Virus record (IMG/VR): IMGVR_UViG_3300027710_000022
Span: 1-64,000 of that record
Origin: a virus
Taxonomy: Duplodnaviria > Caudoviricetes
DNA: 64,000 nucleotides
Reading direction: 5' to 3' (one strand)
Below are positions 48,940 through 56,415 of the stretch, piece after piece. A program made the translations under genes and the position numbers. The notes under the pieces are model-generated. The model was not told the origin of the DNA. It saw nothing but the letters and a program-made list of their open reading frames with translations, and ran no database searches. The first letter of the stretch is position 1. The number at the start of each line of letters is the position of its first letter.

Positions 48940-49767
48940 TTAAAGTACATTTCTTTTAAATTCCTTATTAACTAAATTTGGTTCATCGTCATAACCAAAG
49001 AAGATACATTCTTTTTTAAACATTTCACATACGGTCAAATACTCATTAAGTGTAATTTCATCATAATAGTAATTCGGATTTTTTGAATGGTGATATCCTG
49101 ACAAAGAATCCTTAAAATAGGTATAGAAAACCATAAATGAATTATTCATACCGTTTGGAAAATCTTTTAAAAAATAAAATGGTTTTATATAGGGTTTATT
49201 TAATATGCCAAAATTTTTTAAATTACTTTCACTTAATAAATTGTTATTAATTTTTACAATATCATTAATATCCTCTATTCTAAAAAATCTATAATTATAA
49301 TTTTCAAAACGTTTATCATATTCTTTTCTAAAATTAAAATTTAAATTTGATATAATTTCATTACCCAATGGGTCATTTAGAAAAAAAGAACTTTGTGGTA
49401 AAAAATGAGTATCATTTGAACTTTCAATAAAAGAGTTATATTTTTGAATAAATTTTGATAAGGAGTCTATCTCAAGATCCTCAAATGTTTTTAACGACTC
49501 TTCTGTTCGTTCTAACTCTTTTTTTGTTAGTTTATTTAACATATTAAGGTCATATAATCTTTTCAACTTTACATACCAATCGTATGACGAAAAAAATCTA
49601 TCGATAGGGTTTCTTATAAATAAGAAACAATTTTTTTCTAATTCTTCATTAACAAAATTAAACTCGATTGAATTTAATTGTAATATATCTGATAAAGTTG
49701 AGTAAATTATTGTATTTCCAGATTTATGGGGGATAATAAAACTTGTATTATATTCAGGTACATTCAT
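48940..49767 (-). CDS. Sulfotransferase family 2-like protein
   Basis: IIPHKSGNT (5'-PSB-like), FIRNPIDRFFSSY (3'-PB-like), HFLPQS. Confidence 0.65.
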   Translation of the reverse strand: MNVPEYNTSFIIPHKSGNTIIYSTLSDILQLNSIEFNFVNEELEKNCFLFIRNPIDRFFSSYDWYVKLKRLYDLNMLNKLTKKELERTEESLKTFEDLEIDSLSKFIQKYNSFIESSNDTHFLPQSSFFLNDPLGNEIISNLNFNFRKEYDKRFENYNYRFFRIEDINDIVKINNNLLSESNLKNFGILNKPYIKPFYFLKDFPNGMNNSFMVFYTYFKDSLSGYHHSKNPNYYYDEITLNEYLTVCEMFKKECIFFGYDDEPNLVNKEFKRNVL

Positions 49768-49810
49768 ATGTGTATTATAAATACCATTAGGTTAACAAGA
49801 ACAATTTTTG

Positions 49811-49961
49811 CTGTAGTGGGTGGGTTCGAACCACCAAGTGGAGATTCAACCGATAACATGACGCTTGCAAGCTGGTGGTCTACCCCCTAATATTATCAAT
49901 CTGTTTCTTTGTCCACACCCCCGAGACAGGAGGGTACGTTTGCCAATTTCGTCACACTACA
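49811..49961 (-). ncRNA. 151-nt tRNA-like RNA with a greatly expanded variable region
   Basis: Acceptor UGUAGUG/CACUACA, D-arm, stem CCCUC/GGGGG with loop CUGUCUC, T-arm GGUGG UUCGAAC CCACC; about 80-nt structured insert closed by GUGGA/UCCAC. Confidence 0.7.
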
Positions 49962-50154
49962 ATATAACACCCTTTTATCAGCCGAAGCCTCACATAACCT
50001 TAGTGTGGAACCACAGGTAGGTGTCATGAATGATTACCACTGAGAATGTAGATTTTCACTAACTCGATTTAGCGGTCTCTATGGTAATTTTTTTGATGGA
50101 TGAAAAACATCTATTTTTCTTGCGGATTTCCATCGGAATCCCATAATTTAAAAG

Positions 50155-50228
50155 TGGACCAGATAGGAATCGAACCTATTACCTTCACATTATGAGTGTG
50201 CCGCTCTAACCGAGTGAGCTACAAGTCC
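50155..50228 (-). tRNA. tRNA with CAT anticodon (probably Ile2, otherwise elongator Met)
   Basis: GGACTTGTAGCTCACTCGGTTAGAGC...CTCATAA...GGTTCGATTCC cloverleaf. Confidence 0.85.
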
Positions 50229-50299
50229 AATTAATAGGTGGGGCTTAATTATTTAACTCTTTACCACCATTAAGTCTTTAATGCTTTAGACACCTATCG

Positions 50300-50373
50300 T
50301 GATCCCGTTTGGATTCGAACCAAAGACCCACATCTTAGAAGGATGTTGCTCTATCCAACTGAGCTACGGAACC
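50300..50373 (-). tRNA. tRNA-Arg(TCT)
   Basis: Anticodon arm ACATC CTTCTAA GATGT. Confidence 0.95.
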
Positions 50374-50489
50374 AAAGTAATGTAATGTCTGTACGGTTTG
50401 TATCTAATCCACACCTTTGTACGTGTTTCAAAAGTTTCCATTTCATACGTAGCGTCTGTTCCGTCACTTATTTCTAAGTCATTACATTG

Positions 50490-50574
50490 TACCTGGGGCG
50501 GGACTTGAACCCGCACGGGACTTTCGCCCCAACAGATTTTAAGTCTGTCATGTATACCATTTCATCACCCAGGC
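50490..50574 (-). tRNA. tRNA-Leu(TAA)
   Basis: Loop CTTAAAA, long variable arm. Confidence 0.95.
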
Positions 50575-50592
50575 ATTTGTTTTTCCAATACA

Positions 50593-50640
50593 TCAAAGAA
50601 CTATAATCAAATATAAGAATAAAAAATGATATAAAAAAAC
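50593..50640 (-). promoter_or_regulatory. Host-type -7 promoter box plus boxA-like element
   Basis: TATATTTG at 50608-50615, then AGTTCTTTGA at 50593-50602. Confidence 0.65.
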
Positions 50641-50691
50641 CCCGAACATTTTTTTTAGTTTGTTCGGGGGAATTAACTGAACTAAAAATGT

Positions 50692-51141
50692 TTATTTTAC
50701 TTTATACGATAACCCAAGTCCTAATGTAAAATCACTACCAACTAAATTACCGATAGTCCATAAATTTATGACATTACTTGGTCTAAGTGGATTGTACATT
50801 ATAAGAAAATTTGGTTTATTACCATTAATTGTTGGTTGTAACCCAAATCCAATAATTGCTTTGTCCTCTTTTAATTCTCTAAGAACACCAAACTTCATAT
50901 TATCAGATAAAGTTCCTGTATTGGTGTTGACACCAGGAGGAAGTGTTATTCCACCATTTTGGCTTTTCAATTCACCATATGGAAGACCTGCATAAAACCC
51001 CCAACCTTTTTTCATAAAACCACCTGTTATATAACCATCTGATGGGCCACCTTTTCGAGTGGCGGTTATAAACCACTCTTGCCCATTTGCCACGACTTCT
51101 ACTCCCAAAAGTAACGTTAGCACTAAAAAAATTTTTTTCAT
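50692..51141 (-). CDS. Exported small beta-barrel-like outer-membrane protein
   Basis: Signal peptide, alternating aromatic strands, C-terminal LGLGLSYKVK. Confidence 0.55.
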   Translation of the reverse strand: MKKIFLVLTLLLGVEVVANGQEWFITATRKGGPSDGYITGGFMKKGWGFYAGLPYGELKSQNGGITLPPGVNTNTGTLSDNMKFGVLRELKEDKAIIGFGLQPTINGNKPNFLIMYNPLRPSNVINLWTIGNLVGSDFTLGLGLSYKVK

Positions 51142-51440
51142 TTTTTTGATTTGGACAAGGAGTCTTCCGTTGCCCATTTTTCTTTTAACTTTGCTACCTT
51201 CTCAATCTTTACAATTTTACCATTCAATTTGGTAATCTCGTCCGCGATTTCTTTGGTTTTGACGGCCCTGCTAGCGAAATTTTCATCTGTTACTTCAACC
51301 CATTCAATTTTTCTTTCCAGAGATTTAATCTCTTTCTTTATTTGATTGACTGACTTTCTTTCGTCTGAAAGACTTGGGTCGATAGATGATGTTAATGTAT
51401 TAAAAAATAGCATTAACGATAGTGTGATTTTATCTATCAT
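51138..51440 (-). CDS. Exported or anchored coiled-coil protein
   Basis: Hydrophobic N-terminus followed by heptad repeats. Confidence 0.6.
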   Translation of the reverse strand: MIDKITLSLMLFFNTLTSSIDPSLSDERKSVNQIKKEIKSLERKIEWVEVTDENFASRAVKTKEIADEITKLNGKIVKIEKVAKLKEKWATEDSLSKSKK

Positions 51441-51518
51441 ATATTATAAATATTAATAATATGATAAATATACAGAATAAAATATTGTAAATCAATATCT
51501 TAATATAAAAAAATTTTG

Positions 51519-51590
51519 TACTCGGTACGGGATTCGAACCCGTGCAACCACCGTGAAAGGGTGGTGACCTAACCACTAGTCGAACCGAGC
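51519..51590 (-). tRNA. tRNA-Glu(TTC)
   Basis: CCACC CTTTCAC GGTGG. Confidence 0.95.
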
Positions 51591-51826
51591 AAGTAATCAC
51601 TCAAATGGGTATTTGTTATAATATCACAATTGTTGCACTATACTTTGGTTAATTACTCCGTCTGTATCCAACAGCTTTATGTTGGCTTATAATTGGCTAC
51701 TTTATTATAACTCACATTTTTATTTGTGATTAATTAAGAACTAACATTGCTATCAGGGTTTAAATGGTTCACAGATAAATCCGGAATCACCACCTACCGA
51801 TTTTACGGTATCTTAGTTAATTCTTG

Positions 51827-51911
51827 CAGAGAGTTAGGGATTCGAACCCCAGATACCTTTCAGTATGCCAGTTTTCAAGACTGGTGCCATCAACCACTCG
51901 GCCAACTCTCT
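51827..51911 (-). tRNA. tRNA-Ser(TGA)
   Basis: CCAGT CTTGAAA ACTGG, long variable arm, G73. Confidence 0.95.
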
Positions 51912-51998
51912 AAAATTGATTCTAACTCACCTTAAGTTGCACCATCCGAGTCACTGCTCTGGTTGACAAAGTCCTCGTTGAGTTAGTCTCAAAAAGTT

Positions 51999-52208
51999 AC
52001 AGGTTTTTCGTACCATCTATGTACATCATGACCGAAGTTTGGTTGGATTTACATCACGTCTCAGCAAACTTTACTCGGTGGTTACATTTTCGTATTGGGG
52101 TAATTATTCCCGACTTATAGTAACTCTACCCTCACCGCCCTACCTCGCGAGTCAGACGGATCTTTTGGGATTCATAGACAGTGGGGTTACACCACCGTCG
52201 TCACCTGT
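51999..52208 (-). ncRNA. Candidate ~210-nt multibranch structured RNA between tRNAs
   Basis: Closed by ACAGGU/ACCUGU; internal GACGGUGG/CCACUGUC, UCUAUG/CAUAGA, CGGUG..GUUAC/GUAAC.CACCG, GUUUG/CAAAC. Confidence 0.5.
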
Positions 52209-52210
52209 TG

Positions 52211-52284
52211 AGCCCAAACTCAGATTCGAACTGAGGACCTACTGATTACAAATCAGTTGCTCTGGCCAGCTGAGCTATTCGGGC
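52211..52284 (-). tRNA. tRNA-Thr(TGT)
   Basis: ACTGA TTTGTAA TCAGT. Confidence 0.95.
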
Positions 52285-52418
52285 TACTATGGAAAACAGA
52301 AGATGGGGGTGTGGACATCTGTTTTTATGATTGGCGTTTCTCGCTATTCGCTAGCCCCGTTAAATCCCAATCAACCATTTGTTTTACAAAGATAAAAAAT
52401 AATTTTAGATATTCCAAA

Positions 52419-53216
52419 TTATTTATTATCTTTTATATATTTTTTTAATATTTCAAATTCATTTTTAACAAATTCGGGGTCATAACTTCCCATATCTTTT
52501 ATTATATATGGTTCATATCCCATTTTTTTAATCTCATTAATTTTAATATTGTCACGATTTTTAACTTGTTTAAGTGAATGTTTTTTAGTTATTTTTTCAT
52601 AATGCCATTTACCATTCCACATAATTGCTAATTTATAGTCATTAATTATTACATCGGCATCCCATCCATTAAACATATTTTCATTAGATAAAACATCGTT
52701 ATATTCTTTTTTACAAAGTTCAAATAATAAAATTTCATTTTTACTTCTTTTACCTTGTTTTGATTTTTTACCACCCGCAGATCCCGAGCATTTGTATGAA
52801 CAAAATCTTCCTTTTAAATTTTCTTTACGTTCAAAATGTTTACCACAGTTATCACATCTACGTATTGTATATTTTATTTCTTTTTTGGGTCTCGGAGGTT
52901 TGTTTTTTAACGAAACAGATATTTTAATTCTTGTTTCTTCATTAAAATCTCTACTATTTGAACATTTATAAGAACAATGTTTTGGGTAATCCCCTATTGA
53001 AAATATATGTTCAGTTACATTTATTTTATATTCTTTATCACATTTTACACAATTTAATATCTTTTCATTTTTAATTTGGTTTTTTGTAATTAACGATTTT
53101 TCAATCATTAATTTTTTATTTGGGTTCATAGAACAATTAGTCACGTGAGCTCCTGCTTGTTGTTTCTTTTCAAAAACAAACGTTTCATTACAAAACTTAC
53201 ATTTATATTCCATCAT
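52419..53216 (-). CDS. Homing-endonuclease-like protein (Zn-finger repeats plus Vsr/DUF559-like nuclease) inside the tRNA array
   Basis: CKFC, HCSYKCS, FCSYKCS; SKNE...WDADVII...AIMWNGKWHY...RD..K. Confidence 0.7.
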   Translation of the reverse strand: MMEYKCKFCNETFVFEKKQQAGAHVTNCSMNPNKKLMIEKSLITKNQIKNEKILNCVKCDKEYKINVTEHIFSIGDYPKHCSYKCSNSRDFNEETRIKISVSLKNKPPRPKKEIKYTIRRCDNCGKHFERKENLKGRFCSYKCSGSAGGKKSKQGKRSKNEILLFELCKKEYNDVLSNENMFNGWDADVIINDYKLAIMWNGKWHYEKITKKHSLKQVKNRDNIKINEIKKMGYEPYIIKDMGSYDPEFVKNEFEILKKYIKDNK

Positions 53217-53254
53217 ACTCATTAATATAATTAATAAATATGACAAAATCAAAG

Positions 53255-53341
53255 TTGCGGGTGCAGGATTCGAACCTGACGTGTCGTTTTACCGACGTGT
53301 GCTTATGAGACACCTGAGTTTGACCACTACTCTAACCCGCA
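53255..53341 (-). tRNA. Atypical tRNA-Met(CAT) with fMet-like acceptor stem and long variable arm
   Basis: TGCGGGT/ACCCGCA-A, loop CTCATAA, extra arm GTCG GTAAAA CGAC; 87 nt. Confidence 0.7.
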
Positions 53342-53346
53342 AAATG

Positions 53347-53417
53347 TTGTCCCTCGTGGATTCGAACCACAACTAGATGGACCAAAACCACCTGTACTAC
53401 CGTTATACTAAAGGACA
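53347..53417 (-). tRNA. tRNA-Gln(TTG)
   Basis: GGTGG TTTTGGT CCATC. Confidence 0.92.
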
Positions 53418-53422
53418 ATATG

Positions 53423-53502
53423 TACCCAAGGTCGGACTCGAACCGACACGCCTTTCGACACGGTTTCTAAGACCGCTGTGTATACCATTCCACCACTCGG
53501 GT
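53423..53502 (-). tRNA. tRNA-Leu(TAG)
   Basis: GCGGT CTTAGAA ACCGT, variable arm. Confidence 0.95.
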
Positions 53503-53509
53503 ATTATTG

Positions 53510-53581
53510 CACGCATGTAAGGACTCGAACCTTCATCTTCGGTTTTGGAGACCGAAATTCTACCAATTGAACTACACACGC
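53510..53581 (-). tRNA. tRNA-Trp(CCA)
   Basis: TCGGT CTCCAAA ACCGA. Confidence 0.95.
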
Positions 53582-53587
53582 GTTTTG

Positions 53588-53659
53588 CGTTGATGATAGG
53601 ACTCGAACCTATAATCGTTCGGTTAACAGCCGAAAGCTTCACCATTAAGCTACATCAAC
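53588..53659 (-). tRNA. tRNA-Asn(GTT)
   Basis: TTCGG CTGTTAA CCGAA. Confidence 0.93.
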
Positions 53660-53664
53660 AACTG

Positions 53665-53739
53665 TAGGGTAAAGAGGACTCGAACCTCCATGATACCTTG
53701 CTCCCAAAGCAAGTGACTTAGCCATTAGTCCATTACCCT
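53665..53739 (-). tRNA. tRNA-Pro(TGG)
   Basis: CTTGC TTTGGGA GCAAG. Confidence 0.9.
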
Positions 53740-53752
53740 ATTTGTATAAAAC

Positions 53753-53786
53753 AAAAAACCTCGAGATTTTTAAGTCCCGAGGTTTT
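53753..53786 (-). terminator. Intrinsic terminator between the promoter and the first tRNA of the array
   Basis: AAAACCUCGGGA CUUAAAAA UCUCGAGGUUUUUU on the minus strand. Confidence 0.75.
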
Positions 53787-53809
53787 CTAATATTTTAAGT
53801 TAAACTAAA

Positions 53810-53905
53810 TTAACCAACATCAGTATCATCGAGACATATGTGCATAGGTTGCTCATTCCAATTTAGTTGGTTTGAAAACGATGTCATGTTTGTTAATTGT
53901 CTCAT
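53810..53905 (-). CDS. 31-aa putative leader peptide
   Basis: MRQLTNMTSFSNQLNWNEQPMHICLDDTDVG, between the TATCTTTG promoter (53933-53940) and the terminator. Confidence 0.45.
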   Translation of the reverse strand: MRQLTNMTSFSNQLNWNEQPMHICLDDTDVG

Positions 53906-54089
53906 TGAATTTAGTTTTATCTTTTTCTTTTACAAAGATAACAATAAATATGTATATAATCAAGAAAAGTTAATAAAGATTTTTTTTGACTAGTTGCCGG
54001 AACGTGATATTTATAAGGGACAAATAAAAATTATCTCTCTCCTGACTGTTTTCATATGAAAATTGCGGGAGCATTTTAAAAAATTTCAT

Positions 54090-54740
54090 ATGGAAAGAAT
54101 TAGAACATTATCACTTAGTTTAGGCAATAAATTAGCCCACGCATTTTTCTTATTAGTTGGGGTTTGGATTGTATTCGCTCTATGCTTCCAATTATTCTTC
54201 GTTTATTTAGAATTTTCCGGTAAACATGAACTACAAAGAAATGTTGTAAATTGGATTGAATGGAGAATCGATGGTACATTCAAAAATAATCCTGAAAATA
54301 TATGGTACGATGCCGACGACCATATTTGGGTTGAAAGTGTAACCAATGAGGTTAAAATCGGTAAATTAGCTGGTAATAGAAATTTAGCATTTGGAGTTAA
54401 AAACATCTTAGAAGAGTTTTTACAAGAAAAGGGCTACGATTTATCGGCATCATCTCCGTACAAATTACAAGTACAAATTGTTTATTTAGATGTTCTTACA
54501 ACAAAGAAGAACATATCTGTTTTCCATTCTGGTGAGGAGGAAGTGGTTATTAGACTGAAGGGAACATTGACAAAAGACGGTAAAAAGGAAAAAGAACTTA
54601 TTGTTGAGGAGTCGTCATCTGAGGTATCTATGTCTACTCTAATTGTTGATGAAGGAGGGTCGTTTAATCAAACTTCTTTAAGTAACGCACTCAAAAAAGC
54701 CAGTGAAAAACTAATAAATAAATTAATGGTTAAAAAATAA
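54090..54740 (+). CDS. Membrane-anchored CsgG-like protein
   Basis: N-terminal TM helix; GVKNILEEFLQEKGYDL...C-terminal FNQTSLSNALKKA, matching the 61982 protein. Confidence 0.45.
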   Translation: MERIRTLSLSLGNKLAHAFFLLVGVWIVFALCFQLFFVYLEFSGKHELQRNVVNWIEWRIDGTFKNNPENIWYDADDHIWVESVTNEVKIGKLAGNRNLAFGVKNILEEFLQEKGYDLSASSPYKLQVQIVYLDVLTTKKNISVFHSGEEEVVIRLKGTLTKDGKKEKELIVEESSSEVSMSTLIVDEGGSFNQTSLSNALKKASEKLINKLMVKK

Positions 54741-54746
54741 AAAAAA

Positions 54747-56414
54747 ATGAGAAATCTATTAATAATAATCGGGGTAATAACACTATCCCTAATTACGTTT
54801 AAGTCAAATGCACAATTAACCGTTAACCAATCGGTAACTCCAACAACGGGGTTAAAAGTTGGAGATACAATTTCAGTAAAGTATACGGTTGCAAGAGGTA
54901 CAACCACACCTCGTTATTTTTGGTTAAGATACCAATATAATAACAAAGCATTAGCATATGTTTCAACTACATTCTCACAAGGAACATCGGTTCAGACATT
55001 CTATACAGGTTGGTCGTCATATAAATTCACTGCGAGTACTGCGAATAGTATCACCGCTAAAGATTTATATGCTCAATATTTGGTATCACCTTGGGGTTAT
55101 GCCGCTAACGCAGATTGGAGTGTTGGTCAATTAACTGTTCAAAGAACTGATGCATCAATCAACGGAGACATTGCAACTCAAAAATATGTAATTAAGGATT
55201 TGGGTGCATATACTGATATTCACAAATTAGACTTATCATATTCAATTGACGCAACAAGTGCCAACATTACACCAATAACAACCGACCCAGGTACAATGTC
55301 TTTAACAAATGTAACGGGTAACACATCTCAATTTAAAGTAAGAGTTTTATTCCCAACAGGATACGATATTACCGCTCATAGTGTTTCATTAATACCATTA
55401 ACAACCGCAGGTGAAGTTAACTGGACGGCACAAGCAATTGCTTCTAAGGTATTGGATGCAAGTGGTGAGGCAATATTTACAACTGAAACAAAAGTGGGAG
55501 ACACATTTGCAGTATTTGTAAATGCAGCATTACAAAAAACGTTTATGAATAACATTATAACTGTATCTGACGCATATAGAGCATTTTTAGGTATTTCACA
55601 AGTGGATATATCAGGTACACAAACATATTTCACAAGACCAATATTACAAAAGAAAGTTGGTTTAATTACAAAAGATAAAACAACATTTAGTGAAAGTGAT
55701 TCATATAATTTATTTGCACATGTAATGGGAATAGATGTTAAGTCATCTGCTATGATTCCATCAAACGCAGCACCTGTAAATGGTGTTGTAAATTATAAAT
55801 GGTATAATGGTTTATTAAATCAAAGTTGGTTAGATGGGACACCGACATATAAAACTAAGGTAACATCTTCAAATCAAGCGGTGGACATGGTATTTGCATG
55901 GGGTGGTGATTTAGATTGGTCTCATTCGTCAGATCCTGACGTAATTGCCTCGAGAATAGCTTCGGGAAATTATGCAAATTCAATTAATCCATCTGAAAAT
56001 GTTATTAAAACAATGTCAACAACAACAATGTCATACACACCAACAGTTGAAAAGGCGACATTGAGTTTGAATTCCACAATTGCCAATAATAAAGTTGTAT
56101 TAACAGGAACATTAACTAAAGAAGGTTTGGCTGGTTTAGAAGTTATATTACAATATGATAATTCTAAATTGACTTTTGATAATATTGCATTTGATGCTGG
56201 CGCCAATGTAACTAACTTCTCAACAAATGAGGACGGTAGATTAACATTTGGTTCAATGGACCAAACAAAAACTGCAAGAATTAAAGTAGGTACACCTTAT
56301 AAATTAACATTTATACCAAAACAAACTTTAACGAATACAGCTGGTTTATTTTATACTGTTTTATCAGATGCCGTTGATGGTGGTGGAAACAAAATAAATT
56401 TAATAGTAGAATAG
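54747..56414 (+). CDS. Exported protein with cohesin-like and dockerin-like modules
   Basis: Signal peptide; VGDTISV..Y.YNNKALAYV; TVSDAYRAF; C-terminal LQYDNSKLTFD...LTFGS.D. Confidence 0.6.
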   Translation: MRNLLIIIGVITLSLITFKSNAQLTVNQSVTPTTGLKVGDTISVKYTVARGTTTPRYFWLRYQYNNKALAYVSTTFSQGTSVQTFYTGWSSYKFTASTANSITAKDLYAQYLVSPWGYAANADWSVGQLTVQRTDASINGDIATQKYVIKDLGAYTDIHKLDLSYSIDATSANITPITTDPGTMSLTNVTGNTSQFKVRVLFPTGYDITAHSVSLIPLTTAGEVNWTAQAIASKVLDASGEAIFTTETKVGDTFAVFVNAALQKTFMNNIITVSDAYRAFLGISQVDISGTQTYFTRPILQKKVGLITKDKTTFSESDSYNLFAHVMGIDVKSSAMIPSNAAPVNGVVNYKWYNGLLNQSWLDGTPTYKTKVTSSNQAVDMVFAWGGDLDWSHSSDPDVIASRIASGNYANSINPSENVIKTMSTTTMSYTPTVEKATLSLNSTIANNKVVLTGTLTKEGLAGLEVILQYDNSKLTFDNIAFDAGANVTNFSTNEDGRLTFGSMDQTKTARIKVGTPYKLTFIPKQTLTNTAGLFYTVLSDAVDGGGNKINLIVE

Positions 56415-56415
56415 T

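Noticed and set aside
51922-51986. SAM-I-like riboswitch (CAACC...GGUGC resemblance)
   Set aside because: Lacks the AUC/GAU pairs of P1 needed for SAM recognition and has no downstream protein gene; kept only as an unassigned structured spacer
49965-52378. Hammerhead, RNase P, SRP or group I intron identity for the spacer RNAs
   Set aside because: Did not find the CUGAUGA+GAAA core, the GAGGAAAGUCC P4 motif, the SRP loop or group I P7 signatures by eye
51747-52448. Plus-strand track ORFs over the tRNA array
   Set aside because: Antisense to clear tRNA genes and structured spacers
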